Below are positions 25,501 through 39,011 of a stretch of 64,000 bases of DNA, one piece after another (position 1 is the first letter of the stretch; every line of letters starts with the position of its first letter). The notes beneath the pieces are model-generated. The model worked only from the letters and a program-made list of their open reading frames with translations. It was not told the DNA's origin and ran no database searches. Both the position numbers and the translations under genes were made by a program. This stretch comes from Hemiscyllium ocellatum (Eukaryota): contig NC_083427.1 in the NCBI RefSeq assembly GCF_020745735.1, positions 1,271,438 through 1,335,437 on the forward strand, read 5' to 3'.

Positions 25501-28028
25501 CTTATAAATGTTCTTTGCACGCTCCCATTTTAATGACATCTTTCCTGTAGTCTGACCGGAATTGTACACAGTACTCCAAATGTGGTCTCACCAATTATGT
25601 TAACATCCATAACATGAAATCCCAAACTCCTGTAATCAATGCTCTGACAGATGAAGGCAAGTGTGACAAACGGTCTTCTTCATCTTCCAGTCTACCTTTG
25701 TCACCACTTTCAATGAACTGTGCCTCTGCGCCCAGAGGAATGTCAACATGCCCTTGGTTCTTCCATTAAGTCCTGATCTGGTTTGTCTTAAGAAAATGCA
25801 ACACTTTGCATTTAAGTAATTTAAACTCCATCTGCCATTCCTCGCACCATTGGCCCAGTTCTCCTCGTATGGAACCTTCTTGACTTTGCATTTAATTTGG
25901 AGTTGTTCACACACTCATGAACAATTCCTCAGATTTTCTCAACAAAAACGTTTACTTAACCGATGAATAACAGTGAAACAAACACCAGTACTTGAGGCAC
26001 ACAACTGGTCACAACCTCCAGTCTGAACCACAACCTCTATCACCACCCTCTGTCTATGAGCATGAAGCCAAATTTTCTAATTCACTAGCTCTTCCTGCAT
26101 CCCATTTGTTTCTCATGGTATTATCCATGTTATATGCGGAACCTTGTTATATGCCTGACCAACGTCCATGTGCACAATGTCTGCCATTCTGTCTTATTCT
26201 ACCTTTTTGTCACCCGTCCAATGATCTCAGTCAAATTAGTGAGACACGATCTCCCACGTGCAAAGGCATGCTGAGTGATCCTCATTAATCCTTGCCGTTC
26301 CAAATGCACGTTGATATTTTCTCTCAGAATCCCCTCTAATAATTTATCCACCACTGACGTAAGGCTTGCTGTTATATAATTCCCAGGCTTTTGCTTTCAG
26401 TCTTTCTTAAATAATGACAAAATACTTGAAACCTTCTGCCTTTTAGCAGTTCACCCGTGGTTGTCCATGTCACAGATATTTCTGCCAGACGCTGCAATTA
26501 CATTTCTAGAGTCCCACAATATACTAGGATAAATCTAAGCATGTCCCATGTATTCGTCTACTTTTATGCATTTTAATGCCTTCAGTATCTCCTTGTCAGT
26601 AATGAGGACTCTTCTCAAGAGATGAATATTGATTTCGCTGAGTTGCTCGCGTCCATGTCTTCCTGCGTTCTGACACAAAATATTGGTATGGGACCTCACC
26701 CATCTCCTGTCGTTTCACACATATATGTGACCCTTTCTTTAAGGGCCCCTACTCTCTCCCTAGTTACTTTATCGCCCTTAATATACATGTAAAATCATTT
26801 TGGATTCTCCTTAATCTAAATTGCCAAAACTATCTCCTATGCCCTTTATGCTGTACTCGTTTTCTTCTTAGGTACGCCCCTATACCCCCTTTACTCTCAA
26901 AGGATTCACTGATCTCACATATTCATGACTGAACTATGCCTCTTGCTTTTTCTTGATCCGAGCGTTAACGTTTCTCCACAGTCAGCGTTCCCTCCTCCTG
27001 TCAGCTGTGCCCTTCACTCTCACAGGAACATGTTGTCTCCGAACTCTTGTTATGTAACTTGTGAACGCTTCCAATTTACCAGATGTCCTTTTGCTTGCGA
27101 AGAGCCCCACCCAATCAACTGTTGACAGTTTCTATGTAGTAACATCAAAATTGGCCTTACCCTGATTTAGAATTGAACTTGTGCATTAGTTGTATCATTT
27201 TCCATTACTATTTTAGGAGAATAGAATTATAGTCACTGGTCCAAAAGTTCTCATTCACTTGCCTGACTTATTTCCCAAGAAGTGGTCGACCTTTGCCTCT
27301 TCTCTGTACATCCATCTACATATTGATTAAGAAAACATTCTCCCTTGTAAAGGAAGCGTTGCTGCACCCATATCAGTGACATGAGAGGATGAATAATAAT
27401 CCATACGAATCACTCCATTGATACATTTCTGTTTGAAACAGAATCGTAGAACCACAGAACATATCGATAGTCTAATCTGCCAGTTGTACATGCGTGCTGG
27501 CTACCTTGAAAGAGACATCGAATTTGTAGCACTTTAAATCACTTTCACACTGATTATTTTATTTGCAAACTACCCATTCTCTTGCTTTTTCAAGGTGAAT
27601 GTGTTTTCTGTTGTCCCTTGTTTTACAGCAAGTATTTTACATTCATGCTCAGCTATTGACAGCACTGACAGAGAAAATGCTTTATTCCCACAACAAACCT
27701 ATAATCATGAATCCATCAATTAAAAAGTCTCTGCAACTACAGAAATACGGCAACAGAAAGTGGAGTTGCAGGTCGAAAGGATATTGAAGAAGGTGCTTGA
27801 TATGCTTGCCTTTATTGGTCACTCCATTGAGTATTGAGTTGAGAGATCATGTTACGGCTGTACAGAACATTGGCTAATCTAGTTCTGGAGGAATATCCAC
27901 AATTCTGGTCTCCCTGCTGAAGGAAGTATGTCGTCAACCCTGAAAGTTTTCACCATAGATTAACAAGGATTTTGCCGTGAGTGGAGGGTTTGAGCTATCG
28001 GGAGAGTCTGAATAAACTGGTGCTATTC
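22509..28028. repeat. Array unit U3 (full length)
   Basis: Anchor-to-anchor distance of 5520 bp. Confidence 0.93.
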
Positions 28029-31000
28029 AAACTCAGGTTCTTACCAGTTGGAGAGAACAACCTCCAGAGATTTCCGAGAGGTACGTCAACTTGAAAGGAT
28101 CTTCTCAAGTTTGAAACCCTGTTGCACTCCAACTGCTTCTGTCTGTTACTGTGAAACCGAAGTTCAAGAAGCTTGAACGTGGAGAACTGTTAACTCCCTT
28201 GCCATTGTTAAACTAAGCTTTTCCGAAACATTTTGGTACATCTGTCTTTACAAAATCTTTCAAAAGAAAACAAGGACAAAATAATCTCATTAAAGGGACA
28301 TCATTGTCACACCTCCACCTTCTCAAGGAGCAATGAGGATGGGCACTAAGCACTGGATCCAGATAGCGATGCCAAATTCCCATGTAGCGAAGTGCTTCCC
28401 CCAGTATTGTAAACACATGAGCACTGTCAAAATCAGTAATAACATTTGAGGTAAACACTGAGTACTGCACTCTCCAACTTCTTCCTTTCCGAAAAAAAGG
28501 ACTAGTCACTGCAACTACAATTTTGTTTGGAAATTAACGCAGGCCTTTCTGCCAGTACCCCTATCCTGTGAACGATTGAAAAGAAAAGCCAGCAACTTGC
28601 TTCCAGTGAAATCGCACTGTGAAGACAAGAGTTCCATTTTCCAAGAACGGTGCAACTTGTAGATAGGTTTTTGAGTGCAAGGAATGAGGAGCCGACCATA
28701 AAGCCAATTAATTTTTTCAGTTAAGATTTGCAAACTGTTGCTCAACCACTGAATGACGTAACTCATTGCCTTCCCCAGTGTGCAGTGAAGGCTGGCCTAT
28801 TGCATATTTTTTGCATTAATAAGGAAATCCTGATTTTGGGGGAGCAGTCTGCAATTGGAGTGAGGATGGATTCCAATAAGCCGTCGTCTTATCACATGGC
28901 AGAACCGGTTCAAAGGGGCAAATAGCCTACCGTTGTATCCTAGTTCTTCATGCCTTACTTAGGATTACACAACTCCAGCCAATTTTATCGTAAGGTTACA
29001 GGCATGGTGGGTGAAGGTTTTGCTGTTGATTATGTGTACAAGGCAAAACAGGAAGAATCACTGCCTCGCCGTCGACACATAATTGAAGAACATAAAATTA
29101 AATATGCAGCTCGAAATGGTTGAAAAATCCCTAAGAACATAGGATGGAGAAGGTTGCGCTGATTAATTGGTTCATTAAAAAAAGATGGTGGAGAAAAGAT
29201 TCTTTTTCACTCAGTTTCAAGGATTCTTGCTCAATTTGATATAAACGTGCTGATTTGGCTGTATCAGTAGAGGGCGCAGTTTATAGACAGGCCCAGCTGT
29301 CGCCTCATTTTCGACTGCCAGCTGGATTGACTAAAACGAACAAGTCTTATTTTCATTCATTCAAGAGACAGTGAGAGCCAGTAAGTATGCAAGCATTTTA
29401 TTGCCCATCCGGAGCTGAGATGGTGTCAATAATATGCAGTTGTCTCTGGTCTTGCAGAGACACCCACAGTGCTGTTGAGAAGGTCGGTCAAAGACAGTAC
29501 CCTTCAGCAATGAGCAACACTGCTGGAGCTGCGATATAACTCCAAGTCAAGACGGTGAGGGGCTTGGAAATACATTGAATTTATGTGTTACCATGCATCT
29601 GCTGCCCTATCCTTCTCAAATGTAGAGGGCATTTGTAAACCATATTTTGTAACATGTCTAAATGAGAACAAAGGGCACAACAGTAAGGTACGGGGTTTGG
29701 TTACCTCGGTTGGCTGAGTGTTTAGTTTCTGATATAGAGGGCAAGAGCATTAGTTGAATTCCCTTGGTAAATTTGCATTTACTGTCAGGAGGATGCAATC
29801 GAGAATCTGGTGGTCAGAACCGAAAAAAGAAAAGGACTGATAGGAAAGACATTTGACATAGAGAAGATATACAACCAAGACAGGATGTATGCTATTTGAG
29901 AATAAGGGACCTGAGGTGAGGTTTATGGAAATTCTGACCACAGTGTTCCAAGTCTAATGTTTTGAAGGACCTTACAGCAGAAATGGAGGATTGTAAATGA
30001 TAGCCTTTTATTTATGATTGTGGAGGGGGCGTGCAGCAAGCACCCAAATGCCAGTAATATCAGTTGGAAGCGTGGTCACAGGCAAAGTAAAGAACACTTG
30101 ATGGCTAAAAACCAACATTTGTTGTTGACGTGGTACAGACCGGGATGTGAATTTCCAATGACATTTGACATTTTGCAAGGGCTAAAACCTCGAAAAATGG
30201 TTTGGAATGGACCATCGGCAGTAAACCGTGTTATGGCTTCATAACTCTAGCCATAACCCTATTGCTTTATTAATACAAGATTTATTTTGTCCTGTTAAAC
30301 ACACGGAGGATACCATTCATTGAGAGGCATGCAGTCATAGAGTCATGCAACATGGAAACTGCCCCTTCAGCCCAACGGTTACATTCCATCAAGGGTTCCT
30401 AAACGGCACTTTGCTAATTTCCTCTGATTTCTCAATATCTCTATAAACCTTTGCAATCTATGTACCCGTCCAAATTGCGTTTACATGTTAGAACTGTACC
30501 TGCATCTACCACTTGCTCTGGCAGCTCATATGCATCACCCTCTGTGTGGAACAGTTGCCCCTCAGGTCACTTTTAAATTGTTTTCCTCTCACCCTAAACT
30601 TCTGCCCTCTTGTTTTGGACTGCTGTACAGTGGTGAAAAATAGACCTTGGCGGTTCACCCTTTAAATGCCACTCGTGATTTTATGATATGGAGGTACTGG
30701 TGTTGGACTGTGGTGGACATGTTCAGAAGTCACAAAACACAAAGTTACAGTCCAACGGGATTATTTGAAATCAAAAGCTTTCAAAGTGCTGCCCTTTCAT
30801 AACATGAAGTGATGCAGAGGTACTGCTCTAGAAGGTTGAGATGACAAATAGATCTGTTTAGCTACAACTGGAAGTCATGTGACTTTTGACCATGACTTTA
30901 TAAACATTTATAAGTTCACCATTCAGACTCGTACGCTCCAGGGAATAATAGTCCCAGCTTATCGAGTCTCACCTCTTAACTCAAACTCTGCTGCCTTGGG

Positions 31001-33519
31001 GACATCCTTATAAATGTTCTTTGCACCCTACCATTTTAATGACATCTTTCCTGTAGTCTGACCGGAATTGTACACAGTACTCCAAATGTGGTCTCACCAA
31101 TTATGTTAACATCCATAACATGAAATCCCAAACTCCTGTAATCAATGCTCTGACAGATGAAGGCAAGTGTGACAAACGGCCTTCTTCACCAACCAGTCTA
31201 CCTGTGTCACCACTTTCAATGAACTGTGCCTCTGCGCCCTTAGAAATGTCAACATGCCCTTGGTTCTTCCATTAAGTCCTGATCTGGTTTGACTTAAGAA
31301 AATGCAACAATTTGCATTTAAGTAATTTAAACTCCATCTGCCATTCCTCGCACCATTGGCCCAGTTCTCCTCGTATGGAACCTTCTTGACTTTGTATTTA
31401 GTTTGGAGTTGTTCACACACTCATGAACAATGTCTCAGATTTTCTCAACAAAAACGTTTACTTAACCGATGAATAACAGTGAAACAAACACCAGTACTTG
31501 AGGCACACAACCGGTCACAACCTCCAGTCTGAACCACAACCTCTATCACCACCCTCTGTCTCTGAACATAAAGCCAAATTTTCTAATTCACTAGCTCTTC
31601 CTGCATCCCATTTGTTTCTCATGGTATTATCCAGTCTCCCATGCGGAACCTTGTTAAAGGCCTTACCAATGTCCATGTGCACAATGTCTGCCATTCTGTC
31701 TTAATCTACCATCTTGGTCACCTGTCCAATGATCTCAGTCAAATTAGTGAGACACGATCTCCCACATGCAAAGACATGCTGAGTGATCCTCATTAATCCT
31801 TGCCGTTCCAAATGCACGTTGACATTTTCTCTCAGAATCCCCTCTAATAACTTATCCACCACTGACGTCAGGCTTACTGTTATATAGTTCCCAGGCTTTT
31901 GATTTCAGTCTTTCTTCAATAATGACAAAATACTTGAACCCTTCTGCCGTTTAGCAGTTCACCCGTGGTTGTCCATGTCACAGATATTTCTGCCAGACGA
32001 TCAATCACATTTCCATTGTCCCACAATATACTAGGAGAAACCTAAGCATGTCCCAGGTAATCGTCTACTTTTATGCATTTTAATGTCTTCGGCATCTCCT
32101 TGTCAGTAATGAGGACTCTTCTCAAGAGATGACTATTGATTTCGCTGAGTTGCTCGCGTCAATGTCTTCCTGCAGTCTGACAAAAAAATATTCGTTTGGG
32201 ACCTCGCCCATCTCCTGCCGTTTCACACATATATGTGACCCTTTCTTTAAGGGGCCCTATTCACTCCCTAGTTACTTTTTCGCCCTTAATATACATGTAA
32301 AATCATTTTGGATTCTCCTTATTCTAAATTGCCAAAACTATCTCCTATCCCCTTTATGCTGTACTCATTTTCCTCTTAGGTATGCCGCTATACCCACTTT
32401 AAACTCAAAGGATTCACTGATCTCAGATATTCACAACTGAAATATGCCTCTTGCTTTTTCTTGACCCGAGCGTTAACATTTCTCCTCAGTCAGCATTCCC
32501 TACTCCTGTCAGCTGTGCACTTCACTCTCACAGGAACATGTTGTCTCTGAACTCTTGTTATGTCACTTTTGAACGCTTCCAATTTGCCAGATGTCCTTTT
32601 GCTTGCTGTCCTGTTGACAGTTTCTATGTAGTAACATCAAAATTGGCAGTACCCTGATTTAGAATTGAACTTGTGCATTAGTTGTATCATTTTCCATTAC
32701 TATTTTAGGAGAATAGAATTACAGTCACTGGTCCAAAAGCTCTCATTCACTTGCCTGACTTATTTCCCAAGAAGTGGTCGACCTTTGCCTCTTCTCTGTA
32801 CATCCATCTACATATTGATTAAGAAAACATTTTCCCTTGGAACGGAAGCGTTGCTGCACCCATATCAGTGACATGAGAGGATGAATAATAATCCATACGA
32901 ATCACTCCATTGATACATTTCTGTTTGAAACAGAATCGTAGAAACATACAACATATCGGTCGTCTAATCTGCCAGTTGTACATGCGTGCTGGCTACCTTG
33001 AAAGAGACATCGAATTTGTAGCACTTTAAATCACTTTCACACTGATTATTTTATTTGCAAACTACCCATTCTCTTGCTTTTTCAAGGTCAATGTGTTTTC
33101 TGTTGTCCCTTGTTTTACAGCAAGTTTTTACATTCATGCTCAGCTATTGACAGCACTGACAGAGAAAATGCTTTATTCCCACAACAAACCTATAATCATG
33201 AATCCATCAATTAAAAAGTCTCTGCAACTACAGAAGTACGGCATCAGAAAGTGGAGTTGCAGGTCGATAGGATAGTGAAGAAGGTGTTTGATATGCTTGC
33301 CTTTATTGGTCACTCCATTGAGTATTGAGTTGAGAGATCATGTTACGGCTGTACAGAACATTGGCTAATCTAGTTCTGGAGGACTATCCACAATTCTGGT
33401 CTCCCTGCTGAAGGAAGGATGTCGTCAACCCTGAAAGTTTTCACCATAGATTAACAAGGGTTTTGCCATGAGTGGAGGGTTTGAGCTATCGGGAGAGTTT
33501 GAATAAACTGTTTCTATTC
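28029..33519. repeat. Array unit U4 (full length)
   Basis: Anchor-to-anchor distance of 5491 bp. Confidence 0.93.
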
Positions 33520-36500
33520 AAACTCAGGTTCTTACCAGTTGGAGAGAACAACCTCCAGAGATTTCCGAGAGGTACGTCAACTTGAAAGGATCTTCTCAAG
33601 TTTTAAACCTTGTTACACTCCAACTGCTTCTGTCTGTTACTGTGAAACCGAAGTTCAAGAAGCTTGAACGTGGAGAACTGTTAATTCCCTTGCCATTGTT
33701 AAACTAAGCCTTTCCGAAACATTTTGGCACGTCTGTCTTTACAAAATCTTTCAAAAGAAAACAAGGACAAAATAATCTTATTAAAGGGACATCATTGTCA
33801 CACCTCCACCTTCTCAAGGAGCAACGAGGATGGGCACTAAGCACTGGATCCAGATAGCGATGCCAAATTCCCATGTAGCCAAGTGTTCCCCCAGTATTGT
33901 AAACACATGAGCACTGTCAAAATCAGTAATAACACTTGAGGTAAACACTGAGTACTGCACTCTCCACCTTCTTCCTTTCCGAAAAAAAACGACTAGTCAC
34001 TGCAACTACAATTTTGTTTGGAAATTAACGCAGGCCTTTCTGCCAGTACCCCTATCCTGTGAACGATTGAAAAGAAAAGCCAGGAACCTGCTTCCAGTGA
34101 AATCCTACGATGAAGAGAAAAGCTCCATTTTCCATGAAGTGTGCAACTCGTAGATAGGTTTTTGAGTGCAAAGAATGTGGAGCAGGCCATAAAGACAATT
34201 AATTTTCTCAGTTAAAGTTTGCAAACTGGTGCTCAACCACTGAATGACTTAACTCATTGCCTTCCCCAGTGTGCAGTGAAGGCTGGCCCATTGCATGTTT
34301 GTTTGCAATAAATGGGAAATCATGATTTGGGAGAGCAGTCTGCAATTGGCGTTAGGCTGGAATCCAATGAGCCGTCGTCTTATCACATGGCAGAACAGGT
34401 TCAAAGGAGCAAATAGCCTACTGCTGCTTCTATTTCTTAATGCCTTAATTTGGATTACACAAATCCAGTCAGTTTTATAGTAAGGTTACAGGCATGGTGG
34501 GTGAACGTATTTTATGTACCTTCATTGTGTGTACAAGGCAAAACAGGAAGAATCACTACCTCGGCGTCTAAACATAATTGAAGATCATAAAAATAAATAT
34601 GCAGCTCGAAATGGTTAAAAAAATTCCTTAGAACATACGAAGGAGAAGGTTTCACTGATTAATTGGTTCAGTGTAAAGAGATGGTGGAGAAAATATTCTT
34701 TTTCACTCAGTTTCCAGGATTCTTGCTCAATTTGATATAAATGTGCTGATTTGGCTGTATCATTAGAGGGCGCAGTTTATAGACAGGCCCAACTCTCGTC
34801 TCTTTTTCTACTGTCAGCTGGATGGAATAAAACGAGCAAGTATTATTTTCATTCATTCAAGAGACAATGAGAGCCATTAAGTATGCAAGCATGTTATTGC
34901 CCATCCGGAGCTGACATGGTGTCAATGATACGCAGTAGTCTCTGGTCTTGCAGAGACACCCACAGTGCTATTGAGAAGGTCGGTCAAAGACTGTACCCTT
35001 CAGGAATGAGCAATACTGCTGGAGCTGCGATATAACTCCAAGTGAAGACGGTGAGGGGCTTGGAAATACATTGAATTTATGTGTGTTCCCAGGCATCTGC
35101 TGCCCCATCCGTCTCGATTATAGAGGCCATTTCTAAACCATATATTGTAACATGTCTAAATGAGAACAAAGGACACAACATATTGCAGTATGGTACGGGG
35201 ATTGGTTACCACGGTTGGCTGAGTGTTTAGTTGCTGATAGAGAGGATAGTAGCGTTGTTTGAATTCCCTTGGTAAATTTGCATTTACTGTCAGGGAGGAT
35301 GCAAACGAGAATCTGGTGGTCTGAACCGAACAAAAAAGAGGACTGTCAGGAAAGACATTTGACGTAGAGAATTTATACAACCAAGACAGGATGTATACTA
35401 TTTGAGAATAAGGGACGTGTGGTGAGGTTTATGGAAATTCTGACCACAGTGTTCCAAGTCTAATGTTTTGACGGACCTTACAGCAGAAATGGAGGATTGT
35501 AAATGATAGCCTTTTATTTAGGATTGTGGAGGGGGCGTGCAGCAAGCACCCAAATGCCAGTATTATCAATTGGAAGCGTGGTCACAGGCAAAGTAAAGAA
35601 CACTTGATGGCTAAAAACCAACATTTGTTGTTGACTTGGTACCGACCGGCATGTGAATTTCCAATGACATTTGACATTTTGCAAGGGCTGAAACCTCGCA
35701 AAATGTGTTGAAATAGACCATCGGCAGTAAACCGTATTATGGCTTCATAAATCTAGCCATAACCCTATTGCTTTACTAACACAAGATTTATTTTGTCCTG
35801 TCAAAAACACGGAGGATACCATTCATTTAGAGGCATGCAGTCATAGAGTCATGCAACATGGAAACTGCCCCTTCAGCCCAACTGTTACATTCCATCAAGC
35901 GTTCCTAAACGGAACTTTCCCAATTTCCTGCGATTTGTCCATATCTCTATAAACCTTTGCAATCTATGTACCCGTCCAAATTGCGTTTACATGTTACAAC
36001 TGTACCTGCATCGACAACTTGCTCTGGCAGCTCATATGCATCACCCTCTGTGTGGAACAGTTGCCCCTCAGGTCACTTTTAAATTGTTTTCCTCTCACCC
36101 TAAACCTCTGCCCTCTTGTCTTGGACTTCTGCACAGTGGGGGAAAAAAGACCTTGGCGGTTCACCCTTTAAATGCCACTCATGATTTTATGATATGGAGG
36201 TACTGGCGTTGGACTATGGTGGACATGTTCAGAAGTCACAAAACACAAAGTTACAGTCCAACGGGATTATTTGAAATCAAAAGCTTTCAAAGTTAGCCCG
36301 TTCATCACGTGAATTGATGCTGAGGTTCTGCTGTGGAAGGTGGTGATGACAAATAGATCTGTTTAACTACAACTGGAAGTCATGTGACCTTTCACCATGA
36401 CTTTATAAACAAGTATATGTTCACCCTTCAGCCTCGTACGCTCCAGGGAATAACAGTCCGTGCTTATCGAGTCTCACCTCGTAACTCAAACTCTCCTGCC

Positions 36501-39011
36501 TTGGGGACATCCTTATAAATGTTCTTTGCACCCTACCATTTCAATGACATCTTTCCTGTAGTCTGACCGAAATTGTACACAGTACTCCAAATGTGGTCTC
36601 ACCAATTATGTTAACATCCATAACACGAAATCCCGAACTCCTGTGATCAATGCTCTGACAGATGAAGGCAAGTGTGACAAACGGCCTTCTTCACCATCCA
36701 GTCTACCTGTGTCACCACTTTCAATGAACTGTGCCTCTGCGCCCTTAGAAATGTCAACATGCCCTTGGTTCTTCCATGAAGTCCAGATCTGGTTTGTCTT
36801 AAGAAAATGCAACACTTTGCATTTAAGTAAGTTAAACTTCATCTGCCATTCCTCGCACCATTGGCCCAGTTCTCCTCGTATGGAACCTTCTTGACTTTGT
36901 ATTTAATTTGAAGTTGTTGACACACTCATGAACAATGTCTCAGATTTTCTCAACAAAATCGTTTACTTTACCGATGAATAACAGTGAAACAAACAACAGT
37001 ACTTGAGGCACACAACTGGTCACAACCTCCAGTCTGAACCACAACCTCTATCACCACCCTCTGTCTATGAGCATAAAGCCAAATTTTCTAATTCACTAGC
37101 TCTTCCTGCATCCCATTTGTTTCTCATGGTATTATCCAGTCTGCCATGCGGAACCTTGTTAAAGGCCTTACCAATGTCCATGTGCACAATGACTGCCATT
37201 CTGTCTTAATCTACCGTCTAGGTCACCCCTCCAATGATCTCAGTCAAATTAGTGAGACATGATCTCCCACGTGCAAAGTCATGCTGAGTGATCCTCATTA
37301 ATCCTTGCCGTTCCAAGTGCACGTTGGTATTTTCTCTCAGAATCCCCTCTAATAACTTATCCACCACTGACCTCAGGCTTACTGTTATATTGATCCCAGG
37401 CTTTTACTTTCAGTCTATCTTAAACAATGACAAAATACTTGAAACCTTCTGCCTTTTAGCAGTTCACCCATGGTTGTCCATGTCACAGATATTTCTGCCA
37501 GAAGTTTCCATTATATTTCTAGAGTCCTACAATAAACTAGGATAAACCTAAGCATGTACCAGGTATTCGTCTACTTTTATGCATTTTAATGCCTTCAGTA
37601 TCTCCTTGTCAGTAATGAGGACTCTTCTCAAGAGATGAATATTGATTTCGCTGAGTTGCTCGCGTCCATGTCTTCCTGCAGTCTGACACAAAATATTCGT
37701 TTGGGACCTCGCCCATCTCCTGTCGTTTAACACATATACGTGACCCTTTCTTTAAGGGGCCCTATTCTCTCCCAAGTTACTTTATCGACCTTAATATACG
37801 TGTAAAATCATTTTGGATTCTCCTTAATATAAATTGCCAAACCTATCTCCTATGCCCTTTATGCTGTACTCGTTTTCCTCTTAGGTATGCTCCTATACCC
37901 CCTTTACTCTCAAAGGATTCACGGATCTCAGATATTCACAACTGAAATATGCCTCTTGCTTTTTCTTGACCCGAGCGTTAATATCTCTCCTCAGTCAGCG
38001 TTCCCTACTCCTGTCAGCTTTGCCCTTCACTCTCACAGGAACATGTTGTCTCTAAACTCTTGTTATGTCAATTTTGAACGCTTCCAATTTGCCAGATGTC
38101 CTTTTGCTTGCGAAGAGCCCCACCCAATCAACTGTTGACAGTTTCGATGTAGTAACATCAAAATTGGCAGTACCCTGATGTGGAATTGAACTTGTGCATT
38201 AGTTGTATCATTTTCCATTACTATTTTAGGAGAATAGAATTACAGTCACTGCTCCAAAAGTTCTCATCCACTTGCCTGACTTATTTCCCAAGAAGTGGTC
38301 GACCTTTGCCTCTTCTCTGTACATCCATCTACATATTGATTAAGAAAACATTCTCCCTTGGAAAGGAAGCGTTGCTGCACCCATATCAGTGACATGAGAG
38401 GATGAATGATAATCCATACGAATCACTCCATTGATATATTTCTGTTTGAAACAGAATCGTAGAACCATACAACATATCGGTAGTCTAATCTGCCAGTTGT
38501 ACATGCGTGCTGGCTACCTTGAAAGAGACATCGAATTTTTAGCACTTTAAATCACTTTCACATTGATTATTTCATTTGCAAACTACACATTCTCTTGCCT
38601 TTTCAAGGTCAATGTGGTTTCTGTTGTCCCTTGTTTTAAAGCAAGTATTTTACATTCATGCTCAGCTATTGACAGCACTGACAGAGAAAATGCTTTATTC
38701 CCACAACAAACCTATAATCATGAATCCATCAATTAAAAAGTCTCTGCAACTACAGAAATACGGCAACAGAAAGTGGAGTTGCAGGTCGATAGGATAGTGA
38801 AGAAGGTGTTTGATATGCTTGCCTTTATTGGTCACTCCATTGTGTATTGAGTTGAGAGGTCATGTTACGGCTGTACAGAACATCGGCTAATCTAGTTCTG
38901 GAGGACTATCTACAATTCTGGTCTCCCTGCTGAAGGAAGGATGTCGTCAACCCTGAAGGTTTTCAACATAGATTAACAAGGATTTTGCCATGAGTGGAGG
39001 GTTTGAGCTAT
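33520..39011. repeat. Array unit U5 (end fused to U6 by a deletion)
   Basis: Ends at gagcTAT (39009-39011) and lacks the last ~30 bp of the unit. Confidence 0.9.
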
